IMG/VR virus record: IMGVR_UViG_3300046787_000408
Coordinates: 124,001 to 188,000 of that record
DNA: 64,000 nucleotides
Reading direction: 5' to 3' (one strand)
Of this stretch, positions 28,619 through 37,104 are shown piece after piece. Made by a program: the position numbers and the translations under genes. The first letter of the stretch is position 1, and the number at the start of each line of letters is the position of its first letter. The notes beneath the pieces are model-generated. The model saw only the letters and a list, made by a program, of their open reading frames with translations. It did not search any database and was not told the origin of the DNA.

Positions 28619-29323
28619 ATGGCTAGAATAGAACACAATCTTATCTCTGCTGAAGAGATCAAGTTATTCAAACAATATTACAACACATTTTCTGCAGACA
28701 AATATGTAAATGCCACCACAAACGGTGAGGTCGCAGACGGTTGTGCCATGAATGATCAAGAACCTATAATTGATCATAGGCTGTTGATCGAACCTTCAAA
28801 AAGTCAGCAATGTTGGGATATTGTACAAAGAGTCACCCATCACTTTTTGCCCGGATGCGAAAATATATGGGCCAACTATCAGCGCCAAAGTTTGCCTCAC
28901 AGAACACATGTGGACGATTACTGCAAACATTTTGATGTCCCTACATATACTATTATTATTGCACTGGATACACATCCTGAATTCAATGTAATACTATGCA
29001 AAGAAGAAGCAGATAGTAACGCCCATCTAAGTCAGATGTTAAAGGATTGGGCTACACCTGCACCTGATCCAGCAACCAAGATCTGCAACATCAGTGAAAC
29101 AGAAGATCTTGAACATTCAATTGACCCAGTTCATCAGCAATACTTTCTAGACTGGTTGACACCCGATGGTGTTTTCCGTTATACTGCTGGTAGTGGTGTA
29201 TTCTTCTTGGCATCACAGATACATTGCTCAGGAAACTGGCACAAGTACAACAAGTTTATCAACAAAGACCTCGTGCAAATTCATGCACACTACAACAAAG
29301 GAACAAGCAATGTCTCAATCTGA
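28619..29323 (+). CDS. 2OG-Fe(II) oxygenase-like protein
   Basis: HRTHVDD (HxD) and distal IHCSG His; sits between hsp20 and clpS. Confidence 0.55.
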   Translation: MARIEHNLISAEEIKLFKQYYNTFSADKYVNATTNGEVADGCAMNDQEPIIDHRLLIEPSKSQQCWDIVQRVTHHFLPGCENIWANYQRQSLPHRTHVDDYCKHFDVPTYTIIIALDTHPEFNVILCKEEADSNAHLSQMLKDWATPAPDPATKICNISETEDLEHSIDPVHQQYFLDWLTPDGVFRYTAGSGVFFLASQIHCSGNWHKYNKFINKDLVQIHAHYNKGTSNVSI

Positions 29324-29621
29324 AACAAAAACACGTATCAAACCTTCTGAGGCAGTGAAAGAACCGCCAATGTACAAGGTGATTTATCTCAATGACAACC
29401 AAACTACCATGGAGTTTGTTGTAGAAAGTTTGATGGAGTTTTTTGACTACAACGAAGAAACTGCGTTTACTATTACCACAGATATTCACGAAGAAGGTTC
29501 AGCAGTGGTAGCAGTGCTACCATTTGAAATTGCTGAACAAAAAGGAATTGAAGTCACAGTGAGCGCTCGAGCTCTAAGTTTCCCGTTGCAGATCAAACTT
29601 GAGCCAGATACTGTTCAATAA
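29310..29621 (+). CDS. clpS: Clp protease adaptor ClpS
   Basis: PPMYKVIYLNDNQTTMEFVV, IHEEGSAVV, EIAEQK, FPLQIKLEP. Confidence 0.93.
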   Translation: MSQSETKTRIKPSEAVKEPPMYKVIYLNDNQTTMEFVVESLMEFFDYNEETAFTITTDIHEEGSAVVAVLPFEIAEQKGIEVTVSARALSFPLQIKLEPDTVQ

Positions 29622-30406
29622 TCCACAGTGATTCGCAAGGGGTAGTACACATGCTGACCCCAAGCTGAGTTACATCTGCCTCTACAGTTGTTGACATAGC
29701 GAATCCCTCCTCGAACCTGATCCACTGATCCAGGATAGTGGCCAAAGCACCAAGTGTGTATTTTGTGTTCGCTATCAACAGTCAGTGCCTGTTGCATGAG
29801 CCTGTTGCCCATGGTATTGAATGCGAGTTTACCTTCAAGATTGATATCATGTGCAATCAGCACAGGGTCAGGCACAGTGTGAGTAACCATTACAATTTTC
29901 TTGACATCTGGATGAGTTTGTAGTCGCTTGACTGAATTTACCATGTACATGGCATCTGTGTTGGACATTCTACTAATGGATTTGATTGCTTCGTTACTGA
30001 GGTTGCGCTGCTCTTGAAATTGCTGTGCGCTGCCAGTGGGGTCAATCCCAAGATCAAAATCAAACCCCCACCAGCCGCTGGTGCCCAAGATTGCCACACC
30101 GTCTACCACAACCACATTGTCTTGAAGATATACCACATTGGGTATTCGATTGATTTTGTGGGCTAGATCTGCATAGCTGTAGCTCAGGTTCTCTAGATGT
30201 TGTTCATGTTCGTCATTGCCGTCAATATAAAACACGGCTTGATAGCTACGGCCCAGTTCTCGCAAGGTTTCAACAGTGTGCCTGCGATCACGACTGATGT
30301 TTCCAGCTACTATACAGATTGGACTGGTAGGCATTACTTTCCAGTCAACTGCGGGCCACGTTTCCACGTGCAAATCAGAAATTAAGTCAAATGTAAAAGT
30401 CATCAT
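29615..30406 (-). CDS. Metallophosphoesterase-fold protein with degenerate motifs
   Basis: ISDLH, AGNI (not GD), GNDEH (not GNHE), THTVP, GHYP (not GHTH). Confidence 0.7.
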   Translation of the reverse strand: MMTFTFDLISDLHVETWPAVDWKVMPTSPICIVAGNISRDRRHTVETLRELGRSYQAVFYIDGNDEHEQHLENLSYSYADLAHKINRIPNVVYLQDNVVVVDGVAILGTSGWWGFDFDLGIDPTGSAQQFQEQRNLSNEAIKSISRMSNTDAMYMVNSVKRLQTHPDVKKIVMVTHTVPDPVLIAHDINLEGKLAFNTMGNRLMQQALTVDSEHKIHTWCFGHYPGSVDQVRGGIRYVNNCRGRCNSAWGQHVYYPLRITVDY

Positions 30407-30427
30407 ACATATTTAAAAGGAAAATAC

Positions 30428-30790
30428 ATGTACATTATTTTTGGAGACACCGCTACTCAAATTCCCGACGGTCATACTGTGTTAGAGTTGGATACTGTTC
30501 GCCGACCACCGGACAACATCCCTGTGACTGCATACTGTGTGATTGATAAAATTCCCTTGCAGGAATTTCCTATTGCTGAAGCCAACAAAAAACTACATGG
30601 CGAGTTGTTACAGCATTATCGAGCTCAGGAATGGGACCAATGCGGACAAGCTATTCAAACCTTGTTGGGCAAATGGAACTGTGAGCTAGACAGCTTTTAT
30701 GTGAACCTTGGTCAGCGTGTGGAACATTACCGCAGCAATCCTCCGCCAGCAGACTGGGACGGAACCTATACCAAAGCTGCCGGTAAATAA
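30428..30790 (+). CDS. Hypothetical protein resembling the helical C-terminal domain of class III adenylate cyclases
   Basis: LQHYRAQEWD...YVNLGQR...PPPADWDG pattern. Confidence 0.55.
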   Translation: MYIIFGDTATQIPDGHTVLELDTVRRPPDNIPVTAYCVIDKIPLQEFPIAEANKKLHGELLQHYRAQEWDQCGQAIQTLLGKWNCELDSFYVNLGQRVEHYRSNPPPADWDGTYTKAAGK

Positions 30791-30811
30791 TAAACTATAT
30801 CAGGAGTTGAT

Positions 30812-31660
30812 TTGAAAACAGCAAGAATCGTGCCGGTAGGCGCACATCGTATTGGTAATGCTTGCCTGTCTTTGCAGTTTGATCTTAACCTTGACCAGTT
30901 TGACAACACTTATATCGTGAGCCCTTTACCGGGTAGCCGATTGCAAAAAGTGTTTGAACACTACAACATCAACACCACAGGGTTTGTGTATCTCACAGAC
31001 CAAGACTTGATCAATTCATACCCGCAAATCAACAACTGGTACCTTACCAATGATTACCGAGGTAGTTGGTTGTTTCAACAAGCGCTGAAATTAGCCAGTA
31101 TAGACTACGTGGATGCAGATCTTGTGTTTGTGCAAGACGCTGATACATTTTGCACCCAGCCCTACTCTTGCCTAGTTGACCAAGAACTAAATCTATTTTA
31201 TCAACCCAACATTAGTCATCACTGGGGATATTATAAAGCTGCTGAGAATCTCACTGGCTTGCCAAGACCCTATCCGCATTCGTTTGTGTGCGACATGATG
31301 CCAGTGCTCAAAAAAGACTGGCTCAGCTTACGGAATCAAATTACCAGCACATTCTCAGGACACTGGTTAGATACAGTTATTGATCAAACCCCTTGGGATT
31401 ACAGTGCTGGAGTCAAGTGGTTTAGCGAATATGAACTGTTGGCCAATTGGTCTGGTTATCAAAATCCCAACATTGTTTTGACTCAGCAACAACGATTTGA
31501 ATTCAAGAATCTTGAAGCACTTACTCATCGAGATTTCCCGCCAGTGTTTAACGTGATCAGTGACAAGAATCCCATGGGACAGATTCTACCATTTGACTAT
31601 GCTACAGACACTGTGTACAATCTTGATGCTGTACTAGATCGTTTGAATCGCAACGCCTGA
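30812..31660 (+). CDS. GT-A-like / nucleotide-diphospho-sugar transferase-like protein
   Basis: WLFQQALKL, VFVQDADTF (DxD), FSEYELL; TTG start. Confidence 0.55.
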   Translation: MKTARIVPVGAHRIGNACLSLQFDLNLDQFDNTYIVSPLPGSRLQKVFEHYNINTTGFVYLTDQDLINSYPQINNWYLTNDYRGSWLFQQALKLASIDYVDADLVFVQDADTFCTQPYSCLVDQELNLFYQPNISHHWGYYKAAENLTGLPRPYPHSFVCDMMPVLKKDWLSLRNQITSTFSGHWLDTVIDQTPWDYSAGVKWFSEYELLANWSGYQNPNIVLTQQQRFEFKNLEALTHRDFPPVFNVISDKNPMGQILPFDYATDTVYNLDAVLDRLNRNA

Positions 31661-31666
31661 GTGTTT

Positions 31667-31688
31667 ATTTTGCCACCCACGGCAAAAT
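31667..31688. terminator. Hairpin ATTTTGCC-ACCCAC-GGCAAAAT
   Basis: 8-bp stem in an intergenic region. Confidence 0.4.
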
Positions 31689-31764
31689 CCCATAAATTAA
31701 ATTATCGTAGTGGTTGTTCAAACCACCTGTAAGTTGTATAATCTATCTAAAGGAACACTCATAC

Positions 31765-33003
31765 ATGAAAAAAATTGGATTTATCGGAATCGGTAAACTT
31801 GGCCTTGACTGCGCCGAAGTTATGGCTGAAAAGCATGAAGTTCGTGGCTACGACATTTACCCAAGAACCAGTAGCACAGTAAAAGTCTGTGATATTGACG
31901 AATTGGTAAACGAAAGCGAATGGATCTTTATCGCAGTACCTACACCACATGCTGAAGGCTACGATGGTTCAGTACCTTCAAGCCACATGACACCACGAGA
32001 CTTTGGCCATGATGCTGTGATTGATGCCATCAACAAAGTTAATCAGCATGCTAAGACCAGCAAGAAAGTTGTGCTAATCTCCACAGTGCTACCAGGTACT
32101 ACACGTGCCAAGTTTGTACCACTGTTGGACAAGAAACATCAGTTCTTGTACAATCCGTATTTGATTGCAATGGGTTCTGTAAAGTGGGACATGGCCAATC
32201 CTGAGATGGTTATCATTGGTACAGAAGATGGCGAGCTTACCGGCATTGCAGGCGAACTGATTGCCTTGTACAAAACAATCATGAACAACGACCCACGCTA
32301 CGAAATTGGTACCTGGGACGAATGTGAAGCTATCAAGATCTTCTACAACACCTACATTTCAGCCAAGGTTGGTATCGTTAACATGATCCAAGACTTTGCA
32401 ATGAAGATTGGCAACATCAACGTTGACGTTGTTACTAATGCTCTTGCACGAAGCACCATGCGTTTGCAAGGTCCCAAGTACATGACAGCAGGCATGGGCG
32501 ATGCAGGTGCATGCCACCCACGTGATAACATTGCACTACGTTGGTTGGCAGAACACTACGAAGTGGGCTATGACTTGTTTGACACAATCATGCATGCTCG
32601 TGAAATCCAGGCCCGGAACTTGGGCTTGTTCCTGGTTGAGCAAGCAAAAGCCACAGGACTGCCTATTGTGATTCATGGCAAAGCATACAAGCCAGATGTT
32701 GAATACTGCATTGGCTCATACTCAACCTTGGTTGGGCACTATGTCAAAGAAGCAGGCATGCCTGTGGTGTATGTTGATCCTCTTGCAGATAACATGGACG
32801 AAGTAGTCAAAGAAGTCAGCGGCCCAGCTGTGTTCCTTTGGGCACACAACCGCAAGATCACTTATGAATACACAGGCGAACAAAAAGATACACAGGCCTA
32901 CTGCGATATCCAACCTGGATCAGTTATTGTTGATCCATGGCGCAAACTAGCATCTACACCTGAGTACAAAGTTGTTCATTATGGCAACACCCGCGGCGTT
33001 TAA
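31765..33003 (+). CDS. UDP-glucose/GDP-mannose dehydrogenase family protein
   Basis: IGIGKLG Rossmann motif, IAVPTP, ISTVLPGT, YNP, KIFYNTY, GACHPRD (catalytic Cys), GKAYKP. Confidence 0.92.
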   Translation: MKKIGFIGIGKLGLDCAEVMAEKHEVRGYDIYPRTSSTVKVCDIDELVNESEWIFIAVPTPHAEGYDGSVPSSHMTPRDFGHDAVIDAINKVNQHAKTSKKVVLISTVLPGTTRAKFVPLLDKKHQFLYNPYLIAMGSVKWDMANPEMVIIGTEDGELTGIAGELIALYKTIMNNDPRYEIGTWDECEAIKIFYNTYISAKVGIVNMIQDFAMKIGNINVDVVTNALARSTMRLQGPKYMTAGMGDAGACHPRDNIALRWLAEHYEVGYDLFDTIMHAREIQARNLGLFLVEQAKATGLPIVIHGKAYKPDVEYCIGSYSTLVGHYVKEAGMPVVYVDPLADNMDEVVKEVSGPAVFLWAHNRKITYEYTGEQKDTQAYCDIQPGSVIVDPWRKLASTPEYKVVHYGNTRGV

Positions 33004-33010
33004 ATACCAC

Positions 33011-33499
33011 ATGGATCAGTTCTGGGATGATGAGTTTAAAACTCTAGACTACATCTCAGAACCCTTCAACGATCCAGCCACAGTGGCATTGTGGCAGCAA
33101 CAAGGATACCACAACAAGATTTGTGGAGACTTGTGCGACATGCGTCACAGACTACCCACCTGGGCCAATCGATTCATCAATATCTACACTGAACTAGGAT
33201 GGAAAGATATTGGCCTGGCCTTTTACAGAATGCCCACAGGCACAGTGATGCCAGTTCACAGTGATCTATACAAACGCTATATTGAACTGTTTGATTTGCA
33301 AGGCCGCGAACACACTATCAAACGTGCGTTGTTGTTGCTAGAAGACTGGAAGTCCGGGCACTACCTTGAAGTTGACAATAAAGCATACACAAACTGGCGT
33401 GCAGGTGATGTGGTAGAGTGGGTGTACGACACTCCGCACATGGCCGCCAACCTTGGTCTCGAAGACCGTTACACTTTGCAAATTACAGGACACGTATGA
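33011..33499 (+). CDS. 2OG-Fe(II) / Asp-Asn beta-hydroxylase-like oxygenase
   Basis: MPVHSD (HxD), WRAGD, PHMAAN, RYTLQITG; TAAATA 4 nt upstream. Confidence 0.65.
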   Translation: MDQFWDDEFKTLDYISEPFNDPATVALWQQQGYHNKICGDLCDMRHRLPTWANRFINIYTELGWKDIGLAFYRMPTGTVMPVHSDLYKRYIELFDLQGREHTIKRALLLLEDWKSGHYLEVDNKAYTNWRAGDVVEWVYDTPHMAANLGLEDRYTLQITGHV

Positions 33500-34413
33500 T
33501 ATCCAGTTACGACGAATACAGCACACTGAAAAAAATTGTGGTTGGTGATGCTACCTATGCCAACTGGCCTGTTCATGATCCAGTGTTCAGTGCCGAAGCT
33601 GAACACACTCTTTGGAAAGAAACTCCACTGCCCTCGGGACCGGTACCGCAACATATCATTGACGAAGCCAATCAAGATCTCCAGGGCTTATGCAATATTT
33701 TGGTTCAGCACGGTGTAGAAGTTGTTCGCCCCAGTACTTTAAATTTTCAAACACACGATGGTATGTACAACTACTGCCCTCGAGATCGATTCATTGTGCA
33801 TGGCAGTACAATTATTGATCCGGCCATGATGTATCCTTGCAGAGACATGGAATATCAGTGCTACATTGACATACTAGAACAAGCAGAATCAATTGTTCAC
33901 ATGCCACGAAATGCAGGCATGGTAATGGATGCAGCCAATGTGTTACGGGTGTCCAAACACAAGTGGCTGTTTTTAGAATCTTCTTCAGGAAACCGTGCCG
34001 CATACGAATGGTTGTGCAATCAGGTGCCAGATGTGGAGATTGAGTTGTGCAACTTTTATGCAGGGGTGCATATTGATTCAACTATTGTGGCGCTAAATGC
34101 TGATACATTTATTGTAAATGGCAGTAGAGTCAGCAATGCTACCTTGCCCAAAATGCTACAAGATAAAACAGTGTTGTATGTAAATCAAGTGGTGCCTCAA
34201 GGGTTCCATGAATACCCTTACGCATCAAAATGGATTGCCCTAAACATGTTGAGCATCAATCCACATACGGTGATTGTGGATGCTGCCCAAACTGAATTAA
34301 TTCACAACCTGGAAAACCAACTGGGCATGACTGTTATCCCACACACTTTACGACACAGCCGAACTTTGGGTGGTGGTTTTCACTGTACAACACTGGATCT
34401 TGTGCGTGGTTGA
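33496..34413 (+). CDS. Amidinotransferase (glycine / inosamine-phosphate amidinotransferase family)
   Basis: SYDEYSTLKKIVVG, CPRD, DAANV, HID, GGGFHCTTLD (catalytic Cys). Confidence 0.9.
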   Translation: MISSYDEYSTLKKIVVGDATYANWPVHDPVFSAEAEHTLWKETPLPSGPVPQHIIDEANQDLQGLCNILVQHGVEVVRPSTLNFQTHDGMYNYCPRDRFIVHGSTIIDPAMMYPCRDMEYQCYIDILEQAESIVHMPRNAGMVMDAANVLRVSKHKWLFLESSSGNRAAYEWLCNQVPDVEIELCNFYAGVHIDSTIVALNADTFIVNGSRVSNATLPKMLQDKTVLYVNQVVPQGFHEYPYASKWIALNMLSINPHTVIVDAAQTELIHNLENQLGMTVIPHTLRHSRTLGGGFHCTTLDLVRG

Positions 34414-34438
34414 CCAATATTCAGCTTTGTTGTATAAT
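34410..34438 (+). promoter_or_regulatory. sigma70-type promoter (leaderless uvsE)
   Basis: TTGACC-17-TATAAT, ATG 6 nt later. Confidence 0.85.
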
Positions 34439-34444
34439 ACAAGC

Positions 34445-35476
34445 ATGAATACACCTAAATTTGGCTTTTGTTGCAAGTGGCTTAATGACCCGTCCGAATG
34501 TGGCGGCATGAAAGTCAATGCAAAAGATCGGGACCTTAACGGGCGTTCAACTACCATGCGCTGGCTTCGCGAGCACAAGAGTGAGGCTGAACAACGTCAG
34601 TGGGACATTATGAATCACAATGCTCGTGCGGCCTTGCTCATGATTGAGCGTGTGGCCACACTGCCACTTGAGCGCAGAATGGTGCGACTGGGTTCAGAAA
34701 TGTTGCAAGGTTACACACACGAAGACTGGATCCCATTCTGGCAACAGGCAGATGTGCAAGCACACTGCGAAAAGATCTTTGCTCCTGTAGGTGCTCGTGC
34801 CCGAGAACTAGGCGTGAGGCTCAGCTTCCACCCCGGACAGTTTTGTGTGCTGGCCAGTGAAAGTGACGAAATTGTTGAACGAAGCATCCTAGAATTTGAG
34901 TATCATGCAGACATGGCTCGTTGGATGGGCTATGGTGCTACATGGCATGATCATGGATTCAAGATCAACGTGCATTTGAGCGGCAAAGGTGGTGTCGCTA
35001 AATTCCTGCAGACCCTAGGTCGCCTTACTCCAGAGGCCAGGAATTTGATTACCATCGAAAATGATGAAATGACTAATGGACTCGATTCTACTTTACTTGT
35101 GGCTGAGCGTGTTGCTCTTGTTTTGGATGTACACCACCACTGGATCAACTCAGGCGAATACATCAACCCTAATGACTCTCGTGTTATGCGGGTGTTGGAG
35201 TCTTGGCGTGGTGGGCGTCCTGTTCTTCACTACTCAGTTAGTCGTGAAGATATTTTGGTTGGGCATGATCGAAGCGTTCGACCAGACCTTGCTCAACTTC
35301 TTGATGCAGGCTTTAAAAAGCAAAAGCTCCGGGCTCACAGTGATATGATGTGGAACACAGCATGCAATGACTGGGTCTTGGGCTTTGCTGATCAATTTGA
35401 TATTCAATGCGAGGCCAAGGGCAAAAATCTTGCCAGCCAACAAGTGTACGACCAGTATGTTGCACAGCACTCTTGA
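34445..35476 (+). CDS. uvsE: UV DNA damage endonuclease UvsE/UvdE
   Basis: RLSFHPGQF, IENDE, LDVHHH, LHYS, AHSD, CEAKGK. Confidence 0.93.
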   Translation: MNTPKFGFCCKWLNDPSECGGMKVNAKDRDLNGRSTTMRWLREHKSEAEQRQWDIMNHNARAALLMIERVATLPLERRMVRLGSEMLQGYTHEDWIPFWQQADVQAHCEKIFAPVGARARELGVRLSFHPGQFCVLASESDEIVERSILEFEYHADMARWMGYGATWHDHGFKINVHLSGKGGVAKFLQTLGRLTPEARNLITIENDEMTNGLDSTLLVAERVALVLDVHHHWINSGEYINPNDSRVMRVLESWRGGRPVLHYSVSREDILVGHDRSVRPDLAQLLDAGFKKQKLRAHSDMMWNTACNDWVLGFADQFDIQCEAKGKNLASQQVYDQYVAQHS

Positions 35477-35738
35477 TTGGATCCGTAGTGACTTTAAGTC
35501 TCACCGAGTTCGCTTTGTTGTTGAGCTTCTTGCTTGGGCTATCAGTATTGGTTGCAGTATTACTATGGCACTCACAGTCCCCAATCCTCCGCTTCTTGCT
35601 CTTTATCCCGTTTGGATCTCTGGTTGCGCTATGTATGCTTGGGCTAGTTGGACTCGGAAATCTTTTGGCATGCTCGCTAACTATATTCTGTTAACCACAA
35701 TTGATAGTGTTGGCCTGATTCGTATGTTGATCCAATAA
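35457..35738 (+). CDS. Small membrane protein
   Basis: Three hydrophobic segments, 93 aa. Confidence 0.7.
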   Translation: MLHSTLDWIRSDFKSHRVRFVVELLAWAISIGCSITMALTVPNPPLLALYPVWISGCAMYAWASWTRKSFGMLANYILLTTIDSVGLIRMLIQ

Positions 35739-35765
35739 AAAAGCCCCTTTCGGGGCTTTTTATTT
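35737..35765. terminator. Bidirectional intrinsic terminator
   Basis: AAAAAAGCCCC-TTTC-GGGGCTTTT between convergent genes. Confidence 0.9.
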
Positions 35766-36071
35766 TTGTGCCGGCTTGCGGGCTCGGGGTTTTTTGGCTG
35801 ATGTAATTGCAGCTGGCGTTGTGGCCGGCTTGGCTGCTGGTTTTGCTACTGGCTTGGCTCGTGGTTTACGAGCAGGTTTAGCAGTGGCTTCGACTCGATC
35901 GTTGGCTGGTTTACCAACTTCAGCAGGTGCGGCCACAACAGGTGCAGCCTCCATCACTGGAGCAACCTGTACAGGTGTTTCCACTTTGTAAGGTACTGCT
36001 TCTGGTTGTACTGCTGGCGCCTGTGCCGCAGGGCTGGGGTTTTTAAACCAATCAAAAATTGCTTTTAGCAT
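35760..36071 (-). CDS. Ala/Lys/Pro-rich protein with a histone-H1/PhaF-like basic tail
   Basis: AKPARKPRAKPVAKPAAKPA...AKKPRARKPAQK; AGGAG SD and TAAATA upstream on the minus strand. Confidence 0.7.
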   Translation of the reverse strand: MLKAIFDWFKNPSPAAQAPAVQPEAVPYKVETPVQVAPVMEAAPVVAAPAEVGKPANDRVEATAKPARKPRAKPVAKPAAKPATTPAAITSAKKPRARKPAQK

Positions 36072-36158
36072 AAAGTTCTCCTATGCAGTATTTACTATCG
36101 ATACAGCAGACACTGTAAAATTAGTGAATGATCACTAAACAGATGCAAGAACGCGATC

Positions 36159-36177
36159 TATGTTGCACTGCAACATA
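36159..36177. promoter_or_regulatory. Perfect palindrome TATGTTGCA-C-TGCAACATA, PhaR-box-like operator
   Basis: 9-bp arms, TGC-N3-GCA core, overlaps TAAATA (36176-36181) upstream of the phasin-like gene. Confidence 0.6.
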
Positions 36178-36257
36178 AATATATGTTACAATAACACATA
36201 GGACGCTGGATAGGCCGGGTTCTATAACTAACTCGCTTAAATTAGGAGAAACACATG
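36176..36257 (+). promoter_or_regulatory. Late-type promoter plus second ROSE-like leader
   Basis: TAAATA; hairpin ATAGGAC-G-CTGG-ATAGG-CCGG-GTTCTAT; CTCGCT-TAAATT-AGGAG. Confidence 0.6.
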
Positions 36258-36530
36258 TTTACAGCAGACGCAATCATCGACACCGTGCAAAACGGTAAAA
36301 AGCAATTTGTCAACACTTTCGTTCAGAACGAAACTGCAAAAGACGCAATGGTTAAATTCATTGACGCTCAAGCTGACTACACCAAGAAGGCAGCTAAAGT
36401 TGGAATGGACACATTTACCACTTTGACTTCAGAAGCAGTCAAAGCCGGACAAGAAGCCATGAAGTTTGATTACACCAAATTTGGTGAAGGCATTATGAAA
36501 GCTTACACAGCTACTACAGCCAAAAAGTAA
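36255..36530 (+). CDS. Phasin-like small amphipathic helical protein
   Basis: 91 aa, Ala/Lys/Thr-rich, no Cys or Trp, helical pattern resembling PHA granule proteins. Confidence 0.5.
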   Translation: MFTADAIIDTVQNGKKQFVNTFVQNETAKDAMVKFIDAQADYTKKAAKVGMDTFTTLTSEAVKAGQEAMKFDYTKFGEGIMKAYTATTAKK

Positions 36531-36547
36531 TACTAAAGTAGTACTTT

Positions 36548-36572
36548 AAAAGCCCCAAATTTGGGGCTTTTT
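36548..36572 (+). terminator. Intrinsic terminator
   Basis: AAAAGCCCC-AAATTT-GGGGCTTTTT. Confidence 0.85.
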
Positions 36573-36575
36573 CAC

Positions 36576-36630
36576 GGTTGACCAAAAATGCCCAATTTGC
36601 TATAATATACACATATTAACGCAAAAGGAG
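36576..36630 (+). promoter_or_regulatory. Promoter cassette variant
   Basis: TTGACC-17-TATAAT-ATACACATA...AAGGAG; first 40 nt match cassette copy 1. Confidence 0.88.
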
Positions 36631-36636
36631 CCAGAC

Positions 36637-36912
36637 ATGAAAGCACTTCAAGCCTACATTGACAACAAGAACAAATACATGGCATTGTTCCAGGGCAAGC
36701 GCATTGATCCCTTGTACGAAGTTCAAACTGCCGCTGGTCGTAAGCGTGTGGCAGAGACAATCGACTGTGCTCTGAGCCCAGAAAATCTAAGCTGTGATGG
36801 TGAACTGCCCCGTGCAGAAGTTAACCGTCGCTATCGTGAACTCACAGCGGCCGCAAAGGACTTGATCAAACTTGACCCTAGCATGGCTCAGTATATGTAC
36901 GAATTTGGTTGA
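36637..36912 (+). CDS. Hypothetical early protein
   Basis: CALSPENLSCDGE motif; behind cassette. Confidence 0.75.
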   Translation: MKALQAYIDNKNKYMALFQGKRIDPLYEVQTAAGRKRVAETIDCALSPENLSCDGELPRAEVNRRYRELTAAAKDLIKLDPSMAQYMYEFG

Positions 36913-36957
36913 CTCAAAATGCCCAATTTGTTATAATATACACATAGCAACAAGGAG
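36907..36957 (+). promoter_or_regulatory. Promoter cassette variant
   Basis: TTGACT-17-TATAAT-ATACACATAGCAACAAGGAG. Confidence 0.88.
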
Positions 36958-36963
36958 CCAGCA

Positions 36964-37104
36964 ATGCAACGTGAAATTGGTTACATGGAAGGGTATCGCA
37001 TGATGCGAGCAGTAGGCGCAGACTGGCTGAGTTCTGTGTTTATGGCCTTTGTTTGGGTCCTGCGTGGCGACCAAATCACTGTTGAGAATGGGAATGACGA
37101 ATGA
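36964..37104 (+). CDS. Small hypothetical protein (below cutoff)
   Basis: MQREIGYMEGYRMMRAVG..., 46 aa, behind cassette RBS. Confidence 0.65.
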   Translation: MQREIGYMEGYRMMRAVGADWLSSVFMAFVWVLRGDQITVENGNDE

